64,000 nucleotides of DNA from NCBI RefSeq assembly GCF_009914755.1, contig NC_060937.1, one strand, 5' to 3'. This DNA is from the human T2T-CHM13v2.0 reference genome, Homo sapiens. The first letter of the stretch is position 1, and the number at the start of each line of letters is the position of its first letter. The notes beneath the pieces are model-generated. The model worked only from the letters and a program-made list of their open reading frames with translations. It was not told where the DNA came from and ran no database searches. Shown here piece by piece: positions 11,001 through 26,080 of this stretch. Position numbers and translations under genes: made by a program.

Positions 11001-14000
11001 GGAATGGAATGGAATGGAATGGAATGGAATGGAATGGAATGGAATGGAGTGGAATCAACCCAAGTGCAATAGAATAGAATGGAATGCAATGGAATCCACC
11101 CGAGTGGAATGGAATGGATTGGAATGGAATGGAATGGAATGCAATGGAATGGAATGGAATCGAAAGGAATAGAATGGAGTGGAATGGAACGGAATGGAGT
11201 GGAATGCAATAAACACCAGGGGAATGAAATGGATTGGAATGAAATGCAATGGAATGGAATGGAATGGAATGAAATCAACCCGAGTTGAATAGAACGGAAT
11301 GGAATGGAATGGAAAGGAATGAATGGAATGGAATGGTTTGGAATCAAAACGAGAGGAATGGAATGGAATGGAAAGGAATGAATGGAATGGAATGGTTTGG
11401 AATCAACACGAGAGGAATGGAATGGAATGGAATGGAATGGAACGGAACGGAATGGAAAGGAATGGAATGGAATGAACCCGAATGGAATGGAATGGATTGG
11501 AATGGAATGGAATGGAATCAACCTGAGCGGAAAGGAATGGAATGGAATGGAGTGGAATGGAATGTAACGGAATGGAATGGAATGGAATGGAATGGAATGG
11601 AATAAACATGAATGGAATGGAACGGAATGGAATGGGATGGGATGGAATGGAATGGAATGGAAGTTAGTCAACACGAATGGAATGGAATGAAATGGAATGG
11701 AATGGAATGAAAAGGAAAGGAACAGAATGGAATCAACACGAGTGGAATGGAATGGAACGGAATGGAATCAACCCGAGTGGAATGAAATGGAATGTAATGC
11801 AATGGGATGGAGTGGAATCAACACGAGTGGAATGGAATGGAATGGAAAGGAATGGAATGGAATGGAATGAAATGGAATGGATCGGAATGGAATCCAATGG
11901 AATTAACTGGAATGGAATGGAATGGAATGGAATGAAATGGATTGGATTGGAATGGAATCCAATGGAATCAACTGGAATGGAATGGAATGGAATGGAATGG
12001 AATGGAATAAATCCGGGTGGAGTGGAATGGAATGTATTGGAGTGGAATGGAATGTAATTCAGTGGAATGGAATGGAATGGAATGGAATGGAAACGAATGG
12101 AATGGAATCAAACCGAATGGAATGGAACGGAATGGAATGGAAAGGAATGGAATGGAATGGAATGGAATGGAATGGAATGGAATCAACCGAAGTGCAATGG
12201 AATGGAATGGAATGGAATGGAATGGAATGGAATGGAGTGGAATGGAACGGAATGAAGTGGAATGGAATAAACACCAGGGGAATGAAATGGATTGGAATGA
12301 AATGGAATGGAATGGAATGGAATGAAATGAAATCAACCCGAGTGGAATGGAACGGAATGGAATGGAATGGAAAGGATTGAATGGAATGGAATGGTGTGGA
12401 ATCAAAAAGAGAGGAATGGAATGGAATGGAACGGAACGGAATGGAAAGGAATGGAATGGAATGGACCCGAATGGAATGAAATGGATTGGAATGGAATGGA
12501 ATGGAAACAACCCGAGCTTAAAGGAAAGGAATTGAATGGAGTGGAATGGAATTTAATGGAATGGAATGGAATGGAATGGAATCAACACGAATGGAATGGA
12601 ACGGAATGGAATGGGATGGGATGGAATGGAATGGAATGAAATGGATTGGATCGGAATGGAACCCAATGAAATCAACTGGAATGGAATGGAAATGAATGGA
12701 ATGGAATAAATCCGGGTGGAGTGGAATGGAATGGAATGGAGTGGAATGGAATGGAATTTAGTGGAATGGAATGGAATGGAATGGAATGGAATGGAATGGA
12801 ATGGAATGGAATGGAAAGGAATCAACCCGAAAGGAATGGAACGGAATGGAATGGAATGGAATGGAATGGAATGGAATGGAATGGAATGGAATCAACCCAA
12901 TTGCAATGGAATGCAATGGAATGCAATGGAATCCACTGGAGTGGAATGCAACAGAATGGAATGGAATGGAATGGAATGGAATGGAATGGAATGGAATGGA
13001 ATGGAGTGGAATGGAACAGAATGGAGTGGAATGGAATAAACACCAGGGGAATGAAATGGGTTGGAATGAAATGGAATGGAAGGGAATGGAATGGAATGGA
13101 ATGAAATCAACCCGAGTGGAATGGAACGCAATGGAATTGAATTGAAAGGAATGAATGGAATGGAATGGTGTGGAATCAACACGAGAGGAATGGAATGGAA
13201 TGGAATGGAATGAACCCGAATGGAATGGAATGGATTGGAATGGAATGGAATGGAATCAACATGAGCGGAAAGGAATGGAATGGAATGGAGTGGAATGGAA
13301 TGGAATGCAATGGAATGGAATGGAATGGAATGGAATGGATCGGAATGGAATCCAATGGAATCAACTGTAATGGAATGGAATGGAATGGAATAAATCCGGG
13401 TGGAATAGAATGGAATGTAATGGAGTGGAAAGGAATGGAATTTAGTAGTGTGGAATGTAATGGAATGGAATGGGATGGGATGGGATGGAATGGAATGGAA
13501 TGGAACTTAATCAACACGAATGGAACGGAATGGAATGGAATGGAATCAACACGAATGACATGGCATAGAATGGAATGGAATGGAATGGAATTTAATGGAA
13601 TGGAATCAACCCGAATGGAATGGAACGGAATGGAATGGGATGGGATGGAATGGAATGGAATGCAAGTTAATCAACACGAATGGAATGGAACGGAATGGAA
13701 TGGAATGAAAAGGAAAGGAACATAATGGCATCAACACGAGTGGAATGGAATGGAACGGAATGGAATCAACCCGAGTGGAATGAAATGGAATGTAATGCAA
13801 TGGGATGGAGTGGAATCAACCCGAGTGGAATGGAATGGAATGGAATGGAATGGAATGGAATGGAATGGAATGGAATGGAATGGAATGGATCGGAATGGAA
13901 TCCAATGGAATCAACTGGAATGGAATGGAATGGAATGGAATGGAAAGGAATGGAATGCAATGGAATGGAATAGAATGGAATAAATCCGGGTGGAGTGGAA

Positions 14001-15480
14001 TGGAATGTAATGGAGTGGAATGTAATGGAATTTAGTGGAACGGAATGGAATGGAATGGAATGGAATGAAATCTATTGGATCGGAAAGGAATCCAATGGAA
14101 TCAACTGGAATGGAATGGAATGGAATGGAATGGAACGGAATAAATCCGGTTGGAGTGGAATGGAATGTAATAGAGTGGAATGGAATAGAATTTAGAGGAA
14201 TGGAATGGAATGGAATTTAGAGGAATGGAATGGAATGGAATGGAATGGAATGGAATGAAAAGGAAAGGAACAAAATGGAATCAACACGAGTGGAATGGTA
14301 TGGAACGGAATGGAATTAACCCGAGTGGAATGAAATGGAATGTAATGCAATGGGATGGAGTGGAATCAACCCCAGTGGAATGGAATGGAATGGAACGGAA
14401 TGGAATGGAGTGGAACGGAATGGAATGGAATGGAATGAAATGGAATGGATCGGAATGCAATCCAATGGAATCAACTGGAATGAAATGGAATGGAATGGAA
14501 AGGAATGGAATGGAATAAATCCGGGTGGAGTGGAATGGAATGTAACGGAGTGGAATGTAATGGAATTTAGTGGAATGGAATGGAATCGAATGGAATGAAA
14601 TGGAATGGAATGGAATGGAATAAATCCGGGTGGAGTGGAATGGAATGTAATGGAGTGGAATGCAATGGAATTTAGTGGAATGGAATGGAATGGAATGGAA
14701 TGAAATGGATTGGATCGGAAAGGAATCCAATGGAATCAAGTGGAATGCAATAGAATGGAATGGAATGGAATGGAATGGAATGGAATGGAATAAATCCGGG
14801 TGGAGTGGAATGGAATATAATGAAGTGGAATGGAATGGAATGTAGTGCAATGGAATGGAATGGAATGGAATGGAATGGAATGGAATGGAATCAACCCGAA
14901 TTTAATTGAATGGAATGGAATGGAAAGGAATGGAATGGAATGGAATGGAATGGAATGGAATGGAATGGAATGGAATGGAATCAACCCGAATGGGATGGCA
15001 TGGAATGGAATTGAATGGAATGGAATGGAATGGAATGGAGTGGAATCAACCCAAGTGCAATGGAATAGAATGGAATGCAATGGAATCCACCCGAGTGGAA
15101 TGGAATGGAATGGAATGGAATGCAATGGAATGGAATGGAATCGAAAGGAATAGAATGGAGTGGAATGGAACGGAATGGAGTGGAATGCAATAAACACCAG
15201 GAGAATGAAATGGATTGGAATGAAATGGAATGGAATGGAATGGAATGGAATGAAATCAACCCGAGTTGAATAGAACGGAATGGAATGGAATGGAAAGGAA
15301 TCAATGGAATGGAATGGTTTGGAATCAACACGAGAGGAATGGAATGGAATGGAACAGAACGGAATGGAAAGGAATGGAATGGAATGAACACGAATGGAAT
15401 GGAATGGATAGGAATGGAATGGAATGGAATCAACCTGAGCGGAAAGGAATGGAATGGAATGGAGTGGAATGGAATGTAAT
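8100..15480 (+). repeat. Spaced duplication pair of about 2.2 kb (about 8100-10290 and about 13330-15480; offset about 5.18-5.24 kb)
   Basis: Shared rare variants TGGTATGGAACGG (about 9121/14297), CACCAGGAGAA (about 10010/15195) and GGAATCAATGG. Identical or near-identical ORF translations at 9035/14210, 9890/15075 and 10100/15285. Confidence 0.8.
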
Positions 15481-18400
15481 GTAATGGAATGGAATGGAAA
15501 GGAATGGAATGGAATGGAATCAACACGAATGGAATGGAATGGAATGGAATGGGATGGGATGGAATGGAATGGAAGTTAATCAACACGAATGGAATGGAAC
15601 GGAATGGAAAGGAATGGAATGGAATGGAATGGAATGGAATTGAATGGAATGAAATGGAAAGGAACGGAATGGAATCAACATGAGTGGAATGGAATGGAAC
15701 GGAATGGAATCAACCCGAGTGGAATGAAATGGAATGTAATGCAATGGGATGGAGTGGAATCAACATGAGTCGAATGGAATGGAATGGAATGGAATGGAAT
15801 GGAATGGAATGGAATGGAATGAAATGGAATGGATCGGAATGGAATCCAATGGAATCAACTGGAATGGAATGGAATGGAATGGAATAAATCCGGGTGGAGT
15901 GGAATGGAATGTAATGGAGTGGAATGGAATGGAATTTAGTGGTGTGTAATGGAATGGAATGGAATGGGATGGGATGGGATGGAATGGAATGGAATGGAAC
16001 TTAATCAACACGAATGGAACGGAATGCAATGGAATGGAATGGAATGGAATGGAATGGAATGGAATGGAATGGAATGAAATGGAATGGAATGGAATGGAAT
16101 GGAATGAAATGGAATGGAATGGAATGGAATGGAATGAAATGGAATGGAATGGAATGGAATGAAATGGAATGGAATGGAATGGAATCAACACGAATGACAT
16201 GGCATAGAATGGAATGGAATGGAATGGAATGGAATGGAATCGACCCGAATGGAATGGAACGGAATGGAATGGGATGGGATGGAATGGAATGGAATGCAAG
16301 TTAATCAACACGAATGGAATGGAACGGAATGGAATGGAATGAAAAGGAAAGGAACATAATGGCATCAACACGAGTGGAATGGAATGGAACGGAATGGAAT
16401 CAACCCGAGTGGAATGAAATGGAATGTAATGCAATGGGATGGAGTGGAATCAACCCGAGTGGAATGGAATGGAATGGAATGGAATGGAATGGAATGGATC
16501 GCAATGGAATCCAATGGAATCAACTGGAATGGAATGGAATGGAATGGAACGGAATGGAATGGAATGCAATGGAATGGAATGGAATGTAATAAATCCGGGT
16601 GGAGTGGAATGGAATGTAATGGAATGTAATGGAATTTAGTGGAATGGAATGGAATGGAATGAAATCTATTGGATCGGAATGGAATCCAATGGAATCCACA
16701 GGAATGGAATGGAATGGAATGGAATGGAACGGAATAAATCCGGTTGGAGTGGAATGGAATGTAATAGAGTGGAATGGAATGGAATTTAGAGGAATGGAAT
16801 GGAATGGAATGGAATGGAATGGAATGGAATGGAATGGAATCAACCCGAATGGAATGGAATGGAATGGAATGGAATGGAATGGAATGGAATGGGATGGAAT
16901 GGAATGGAATGGAATGGAATGGAATCAACACGAATGGCATGGCATAGAATGGAATGGAATGGAATGGAATGCAATGGAATGGAATGGAATGCAATGGAAT
17001 GGAATGGAATGGAATGGAATCAACCCAAGTGCAATGGAATGGAATGGAATGCAATGGAATCCACCCGAGTGGAATGGAATGGAATGAAATGGAATGGAAT
17101 GGAATGGAGTGGAATGGAACGCAATGGAGTGGAATGGAATAAACACCAGGGGAATGAAATGGATTGGAATGCAATGGAATGGAATGGAATGGAATGGAAT
17201 GGAATGAAATCAACCCGAGTGTAATGGAGCGGAATGGAATGGAATGGAAAGGAATGAATGGAATGGAATGGTGTGGAATCAACACGAGAGGAATGGAATG
17301 GAATGGAATGGAATGGAACGGAATGGAAAGGAGTGGAATGGAATGAACCCGAATGGAATGGAATGGATTTGAATGGAATGGAATGGAATCAACCTGAGCG
17401 GAAAGGAATGGAATAGAATGGAGTGGAATGGAATGTAACGGAATGGAATGGAATGGAATGGAATCAACACGAATGGAATGGAACGGAATGTAATGGGATG
17501 GGATGGAATGGAAGAGAATGGATGTTAATCAACACGAATGGAATGGAATGGAATGGAATGGAATGGAACGGATCGGAATGGAATCCAATGGAATCAACTG
17601 GAATGGAATGGAATGGAATGGAATGGAATGGAATGGAGTGGAATGCAATGGAATGGAATGGAATAAATCCGGGTGGAGTGGAATGGAATGTAATGGAGTG
17701 GAATGTAATGGAATTTAGTGGAATGGAATGGAATGGAATGGAATGGAATGAAATCTATTGGATTAGAATGGAATCCAATGGAATCAACTGGAATGGAATG
17801 GAATGGAATGGAACGGAAAGGAATGAAAAGGAAAGGAACAAAATGGAATCAACACGAGTGGAATGGAATGGAACGGAATGGAATTAACCTGAGTGGAATG
17901 AAATGGAATGTAATGCAATGGGATGGAGTGGAATCAACCCCAGTGGAATGGAACGGAATGGAATGGAATGGAATGGAATGAAAAGGAATGGATCGGAATG
18001 GAATCCAATGGAATCAACTGGAATGAAATGGAATGGAATGGAAAGGAATGGAATGGAATGGAATAAATCCGGGTGGAGTGGAATGGAATGTAATGGAGTG
18101 GAATGTAATGGAATTTAGTGGAATGGAATGCAATGGAATGGAATGAAATGGATTGGATCAGAAAGGAATCCAATGGAATCAACTGGAATGGAATGGAATG
18201 GAATGGAACGGAATAAATCCGGGTGGAGTGGAATGGAATGTAATGGAGTTGAATGTAATGGAATTTAGTGGAATGGAATGGAATGGAATGGAATGGAATG
18301 GAATGAAATCTATTGCATCAGAATGGAATCCAATGGAATCAACTGGAATGGAATGGAATGGAATGGAACGGAATGAAAAGGAAAGGAACAAAATGGAATC

Positions 18401-18549
18401 AACACGAGTGGAATGGAATGGTACGGAATGGAATTAACCCGAGTGGAATGAAATGGAATGTAATGCACTGGGATGGAGTGGAATCAACCCCAGTGGAATG
18501 GAATGGAATGGAATGGAATGGAATGGAATGGAATGGAACGGAATGGAAT

Positions 18550-21500
18550 GGAATGGAATGAAATGGAATGGATCGGAATGGAATCCAATGGAATCAACTG
18601 GAATGAAATGGAATGGAATGGAAAGGAATGGAATGGAATGGAATAAATCCGGGTGGAGTGGAATGGAATGTAATGGAGTGGAATGTAATGGAATTTAGTG
18701 GAATGGAATGGAATCGAATGGAATGAAATGGAATGGAATGGAATGGAATAAATCCGGGTGGAGTGGAATGGAATGTAATGGAGTGGAATGTAATGGAATT
18801 TAGTGGAATGGAATGGAATTGAATGGAATGAAATGGATTGGATTGGAAAGGAATCCAATGGAATCAAATGGAATGCAATAGAATGGAATGGAATGGAATG
18901 GAATGGAATGGAATCAACACGAATGGAATGGAATGGAATGGAAAGGAATGGAATGGAATGGAATGGAATGGAATGGAATGGAATGGAATGGAATCAACCC
19001 GAATGGGATGGCATGGAATGGAATTGAATGGAATGGAATGGAATGGAATGGAATGGAGTGGAATCAACCCAAGTGAATGGAATAGAATGGAATGCAATGG
19101 AATCCACCCGAGTGGAATGGAATGGAATGGATCGGAATGGAATCCAATGGAATCAACTGGAATGGAATGGAATGGAATGGAATGCAATGGAATGGAATGG
19201 AATGGAATAAATCCGGCTGGAGTGGAATGGAATGTAATGGAGTGGAATGTAATGGAATTTAGTGGAATGGAATGGAATGGAATGGAATGGAATGAAATCT
19301 ATTGGATCCGAATGGAATCCAATGGAATCAACTGGAATGGAATGGAATGGAATGGAATGGAACGGAATAAATCCGGTTGGAGTGGAATGGAATGTAATAG
19401 AGTGGAATGGAATGGAATGCAATTTAGATGAATGGAATGGAATGGAATTTAGAGGAATGGAATGGAATGGAATGGAATGGAATGAAAAGGAAAGGAACAA
19501 AATGGAATCAACACGAGTGGAATGGAATGGAACGGAATGGAATTAACCCGAGTGGAATGAAATGGAATGTAATGCAATGGGATGGAGTGGAATCAACCCC
19601 CGTGGAATGGAATGGAATGGAACGGAATGGAATGGAATGGAACGGAATGGAATGGAATGGAATGAAATGGAATGGATCGGAATGGAATCCAATGGAATCA
19701 ACTGGAATGAAATGGAATGGAATGGAAAGGAATGGAATGGAATGGAATAAATCCGGGTGGAGTGGAATGGAATGTAATGGAGTGGAAAGCAATGGAATTT
19801 AGTGGAATGGAATGGAATGGAATGGAATGAAATGGATTGGATCGGAAAGGAATCCAATGGAATCAAATGGAATGCAATAGAATGGAATGGAATGGAATGG
19901 AATGGAATGCAATAAATCCGGGTGGAGTGGAATGGAATGTAATGAAGTGGAATGGAATGGAATTTAGTGCAATGGAATGGAATGGAATGGAATGGAATGG
20001 AATGGAATGGAATAAACCCGAATGGGATGGCATGGAATGGAATTGAATGGAATGGAATGGAATGGAATGGAATGGAGTGGAATCAACCCAAGTGAATGGA
20101 ATAGAATGGAATGCAATGGAATCCACCCGAGTGGAATGGAATGGAATGGAATGGAATGGAATGGAATGCAATGGAATGGAATGGAATTGAAAGGAATAGA
20201 ATGGAGTGGAATGGAACAGAATGGAGTAGAATGCAATAAACACCAGGGGAATGAAATGGATTGGAATGAAATGGAATGGAATGGAATGAAATCAACCCGA
20301 GTTGAATAGAACGGAATGGAATGGAATGGAAAGGAATGAATGGAATGGAATGGTTTGGAATCAACACGAGACGAATGGAATGGAATGGAATGGAACGGAA
20401 CGGAATGGAAAGGAATGGACTGGAATGAATCCGAATGGAAATGGAATGGATTGGAATGGAATGGAATGGAATCAACCTGAGCGGAAAGGAATGGAATGGA
20501 ATGGAGTGGAATGGAATGTAACGGAATGGAATGGAATGGAATGGAATCAACATGAATGGAATGGAATGGAATGGAATGGGATGGGATGGAATGGAATGGA
20601 ATGGATGTTAGTCAACACGAATGGAATGGAATGGATTGGAATGGAATGAAAAGGAAAGGAACAGAATGGAATCAACACGAGTGGAATGGAATGGAATGGA
20701 ATGGAATCAACCCGAGTGGAATGAAATGGAATGTAATGCAATGGGATGGAGTGGAATCAACCCGAGTGGAATGGAATGGAATGGAATGGAATGGAATGGA
20801 ATGGAATGGAATGGAATGAAAAGCAATGGATCTGAATGGAATCCAATGGAATTAACTGGAATGGAATTTAATGGAATGGAATGAAATGGATTGGATGGGA
20901 ATTGAATCCAATGGAATCAACTGGAATGGAATGGAATGGAATGGAATGGAATGGAATGGAATGGAATGGAATAAATCCGGGTGGAGTGGAATGGAATGTA
21001 ATGGAGTGGAATGGAATGTAATTCAGTGGAATGGAATGGAATGGAATCGAATGGAATCGAATGGAATGGAATCAAACCGAATGGAATGGAACGGAATGGA
21101 ATGGAAAGGAATGGAATGGAATGGAATGGAATGGAATGGAATGGAATGGAATCAACCGAAGTGCAATGGAATGGAATGGAATGGAATGGAATGGAATGGA
21201 ATGGAATGGAGTGGAATGGAACGGAATGAAGTGGAATGGAATAAACACCAGGGGAATGAAATGGATTGGAATGAAATGGAATGGAATGGTATGGAATGAA
21301 ATGAAATCAACCCGAGTGGAATGGAACGGAATGGAATGGAATGGAAAGGATTGAATGGAATGGAATGGTGTGGAATCAAAAAGAGAGGAATGGAATGGAA
21401 TGGAATGGAACGGAATGGAAAGGAATGGAATGGAATGAACCCGAATGGAATGGAATGGATTGGAATGGAATGGAATGGAATGGAAACAACCCGAGCTTAA

Positions 21501-24500
21501 AGGAATGGAATTGAATGGAGTGGAATGGAATGTAATGTAATGGAATGGAATGGAATGGAATCAACACGAATGGAATGGAACGGAATGGAATGGGATGGGA
21601 TGGAATGGAATGGAATGAAATGGATTGGATCGGAATGGAATCCAATGGAATCAACTGGAATGGAATGGAAATGAATGGAATGGAATAAATCCGGGTGGAG
21701 TGGAATGGAATGGAATGGAGTGGAATGGAATGGAATTTAGTGGAATGGAATGGAATGGAATGGAATGGAATGGAACGGAATGGAAAGGAATCAACCCGAA
21801 AGGAATGGAACGGAATGGAATGGAATGGAATGGAATGGAATGGAATGGAATCAACCCAAGTGCAATGGAATGGAATGGAATGCAATGGAATCCACCCGAG
21901 TGGAATGCAACAGAATGGAATGGAATGGAATGGAATGGAATGGAATGGAATGGAATGGAATGGAATTGAATGGAATGGAGTGGAATGGAACAGAATGGAG
22001 TGGAATGGAATAAACACCAGGGGAATGAAATGGGTTGGAATGAAATGGAATGGAAGGGAATGGAATGGAATGGAATGAAATCAACCCGAGTGGAATGGAA
22101 CGGAATGGAATGGAATGGAAAGGAATGAATGGAATGGAATGGTGTGGAATCAACACGAGAGGAATGGAATGGAATGGAATGGAATCAACACGAATGGAAT
22201 GGAATGGAATGGAATGGGATGGGATGGAATGGAATGGAAGTTAATCAACACGAACGGAATGGAACGGAATGGAAAGGAATGGAATGGAATGGAATGGAAT
22301 GGAATGGAATGGAATTGAATGGAATGACATGGAAAGGAACGGAATGGAATCAACATGAGTGGAATGGAATGGAACGGAATGGAATCAACCCTAGTGGAAT
22401 GAAATGGAATGTAATGCAATGGGATGGAGGGGAATCAACACGAGTCGAATGGAATGGAATGGAATGGAATGGAATGGAATGGAATGGAATGGATCGGAAT
22501 GGAATCCAATGGAATCAACTGGAATGGAATGGAATGGAATGGAAAGGAATGGAATGGAATGGAATAAATCCGGGTGGAGTGGAATGGAATGTAATGGAGT
22601 GGAATGTAATGGAATTTAGTGGAATGGAATGGAATCGAATGGAATGAAATGGAGTGGAATGGAATGGAATAAATCCGGGTGGAGTGGAATGGAATGTAAT
22701 GGAGTGGAATGTAATGGAATTTAGTGGAATGGAATGGAATGGAATGGAATGAAATGGATTGGATTGGAAAGGAATCCAATGGAATCAAATGGAATGCAAT
22801 AGAATGGAATGGAATGGAATGGAATGGAATGGAATGGAATGGAATCAACACGAATGGAATGGAATGGAATGGAAAGGAATGGAATGGAATGGAATGGAAT
22901 GGAATGGAATGGAATCAACCCGAATGGGATGGCATGGAATGGAATTGAATGGAATGGAATGGAATGGAATGGAATGGAGTGGAATCAACCCAAGTGAATG
23001 GAATAGAATGGAATGCAATGGAATCCACCCGAGTGGAATGGAATGGAATGGATCGGAATGGAATCCAATGGAATCAACTGGAATGGAATGGAATGGAATG
23101 TAATGGAATGGAATGGAATGCAATGGAATGGAATGGAATGCAATAAATCCGGGTGGAGTGGAATGGAATGTAATGGAGTGAAATGCAATGGAATTTAGTG
23201 GAATGGAATGGAATGGAATGGAATGAAATGGATAGGATCGGAAAGGAATCCAATGGAATCAAATGGAATGCAATAGAATGGAATGGAATGGAATGGAATG
23301 GAATGCAATAAATCCGGGTGGAGTGGAATGGAATATAATGAAGTGGAATGGAATGGAATTTAGTGCAATGGAATGGAATGGAATGGAATGGAATGGAATG
23401 GAATCAACCCGAATTTAATTGAATGGAATGGAATGGAAAGGAATGCAATGGAATGGAATGGAATGGAATGGAATGGAATGGAATGGAATGGAATGGAATC
23501 AACCCGAATGGGATGGCATGGAATGGAATTGAATGGAATGGAATGGAATGGAATGGAGTGGAATCAACCCAAGTGAATGGAATAGAATGGAATGCAATGG
23601 AATCCACCCGAGTGGAATGGAATGGAATGGAATGGAATGGAATGGAATGGAATGCAATGGAATGGAATGGAATCGAAAGGAATAGAATGGAGTGGAATGG
23701 AACAGAATGGAGTGGAATGCAATAAACACCAGGGGAATGAAATGGATTGGAATGAAATGGAATGGAATGGAATGGAATGGAATGAAATCAACCCGAGTTG
23801 AATAGAACGGAATGGAATGGAATGGAAAGGAATGAATGGAATGGAATGGTTTGGAATCAACACGAGAGGAATGGAATGGAATGGAATGGAACGGAACGGA
23901 ATGGAAAGGAATGGACTGGAATGAATCCGAATGGAATGGAATGGATTGGAATGGAATGGAATGGAATCAACCTGAGCGGAAAGGAATGGAATGGAATGGA
24001 GTGGAATGGAATGTAACGGAATGGAATGGAATGGAATGGAATCAACATGAATGGAATGGAACGGAATGGAATGGGATGGGATGGAATGGAATGGAATGGA
24101 AGTTAGTCAACACGAATGGAATGGAATGGATTGGAATGGAATGAAAAGGAAAGGAACAGAATGGAATCAACACGAGTGGAATGGAATGGAATGGAATGGA
24201 ATCAACCCGAGTGGAATGAAATGGAATGTAATGCAATGGGATGGAGTGGAATCAACGCGAGTGGAATGGAATGGAATGGAATGGAATGGAATGGAATGAA
24301 ATGGAATCCAATGGAATTAACTGGAATGGAATGGAATGGAATGGAATGAAATGGATTGGATCGGAATTGAATCCAATGGAATCAACTGGAATGGAATGGA
24401 ATGGAATGGAATGGAATGGAATGGAATGGAATAAATCCGGGTGGAGTGGAATGGAATGTAATGGAGTGGAATGGAATGTAATTCAGTGGAATGGAATGGA

Positions 24501-25200
24501 ATGGAATCGAATGGAATCGAATGGAATGGAATCAAACCGAATGGAATGGAACGGAATGGAATGGAAAGGAATGGAATGGAATGGAATGGAATGGAATGGA
24601 ATGGAATGGAATGGAATCAACCGAAGTGCAATGGAATGGAATGGAATGGAATGGAATGGAATGGAGTGGAATGGAACGGAATGAAGTGGAATGGAATAAA
24701 CACCAGGGGAATGAAATGGATTGGAATGAAATGGAATGGAATGGAATGGAATGAAATGAAATCAACCCGAGTGGAATGGAACGGAATGGAATGGAATGGA
24801 AAGGATTGAATGGAATGGAATGGTGTGGAATCAAAAAGAGAGGAATGGAATGGAATGGAACGGAACGGAATGGAAAGGAATGGAATGGAATGAACCCGAA
24901 TGGAATGGAATGGATTGGAATGGAATGGAATGGAAACAACCGGAGCTTAAAGGAATGGAATTGAATGGATTGGAATGGAATGTAATGTAATGGAATGGAA
25001 TGGAATGGAATCAACACGAATGGAATGGAACGGAATGGAATGGTATGGGATGGAATGGAATGGAATGAAATGGATTGGATCGGAATGGAATCCAATGGAA
25101 TCAACTGGAATGGAATGGAAATGAATGGAATGGAATAAATCCGGGTGGAGTGGAATGAAATGGAATTGAGTGGAATGGAATGGAATTTAGTGGAATGGAA
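18550..25200 (+). repeat. Duplicated blocks about 18.55-19.2 kb / 22.5-23.15 kb and about 19.75-21.8 kb / 23.15-25.2 kb
   Basis: The rare deletion variant CCCAAGTGAATGGAATAG occurs at about 19070, 20090, 22990 and 23570. Matching ORF translations at offsets of 3921 (18838/22759) and about 3495 (20302/23798, 20556/24051). Confidence 0.7.
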
Positions 25201-26080
25201 TGGAATGGAATGGAATGAAATGGATTGGATCGGAATTGAATCCAATGGAATCAACTGGAATGGAATGGAATGGAATGGAATGGAATGGAATGGAATAAAT
25301 CCGGGTGGAGTGGAATGGAATGTAATGGAGTGGAATGGAATGTAATTCAGTGGAATGGAATGGAATGGAATCGAATGGAATCGAATGGAATGGAATCAAA
25401 CCGAATGGAATGGAACGGAATGGAATGGAAAGGAATGGAATGGAATGGAATGGAATGGAATGGAATGGAATGGAATGGAATCAACCGAAGTGCAATGGAA
25501 TGGAATGGAATGGAATGGAATGGAATGGAGTGGAATGGAACGGAATGAAGTGGAATGGAATAAACACCAGGGGAATGAAATGGATTGGAATGAAATGGAA
25601 TGGAATGGAATGGAATGAAATGAAATCAACCCGAGTGGAATGGAACGGAATGGAATGGAATGGAAAGGATTGAATGGAATGGAATGGTGTGGAATCAAAA
25701 AGAGAGGAATGGAATGGAATGGAACGGAACGGAATGGAAAGGAATGGAATGGAATGAACCCGAATGGAATGGAATGGATTGGAATGGAATGGAATGGAAA
25801 CAACCGGAGCTTAAAGGAATGGAATTGAATGGATTGGAATGGAATGTAATGTAATGGAATGGAATGGAATGGAATCAACACGAATGGAATGGAACGGAAT
25901 GGAATGGTATGGGATGGAATGGAATGGAATGAAATGGATTGGATCGGAATGGAATCCAATGGAATCAACTGGAATGGAATGGAAATGAATGGAATGGAAT
26001 AAATCCGGGTGGAGTGGAATGAAATGGAATTGAGTGGAATGGAATGGAATTTAGTGGAATGGAATGGAATGGAATGGAAT
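24322..26080 (+). repeat. Near-perfect tandem duplication, period 864-869 bp
   Basis: Identical ORF translations at offset 864 (24471/25335, 24491/25355, 24776/25640, 24796/25660). Private variants AAACAACCGGAGCTTAAAGG and GAAATGGAATTGAGTGG occur in both copies. Confidence 0.9.

Noticed and set aside
16030-16180. Short 30-bp periodicity, (GGAAT)5GAAAT x3
   Set aside because: Ordinary local slippage with no further significance.
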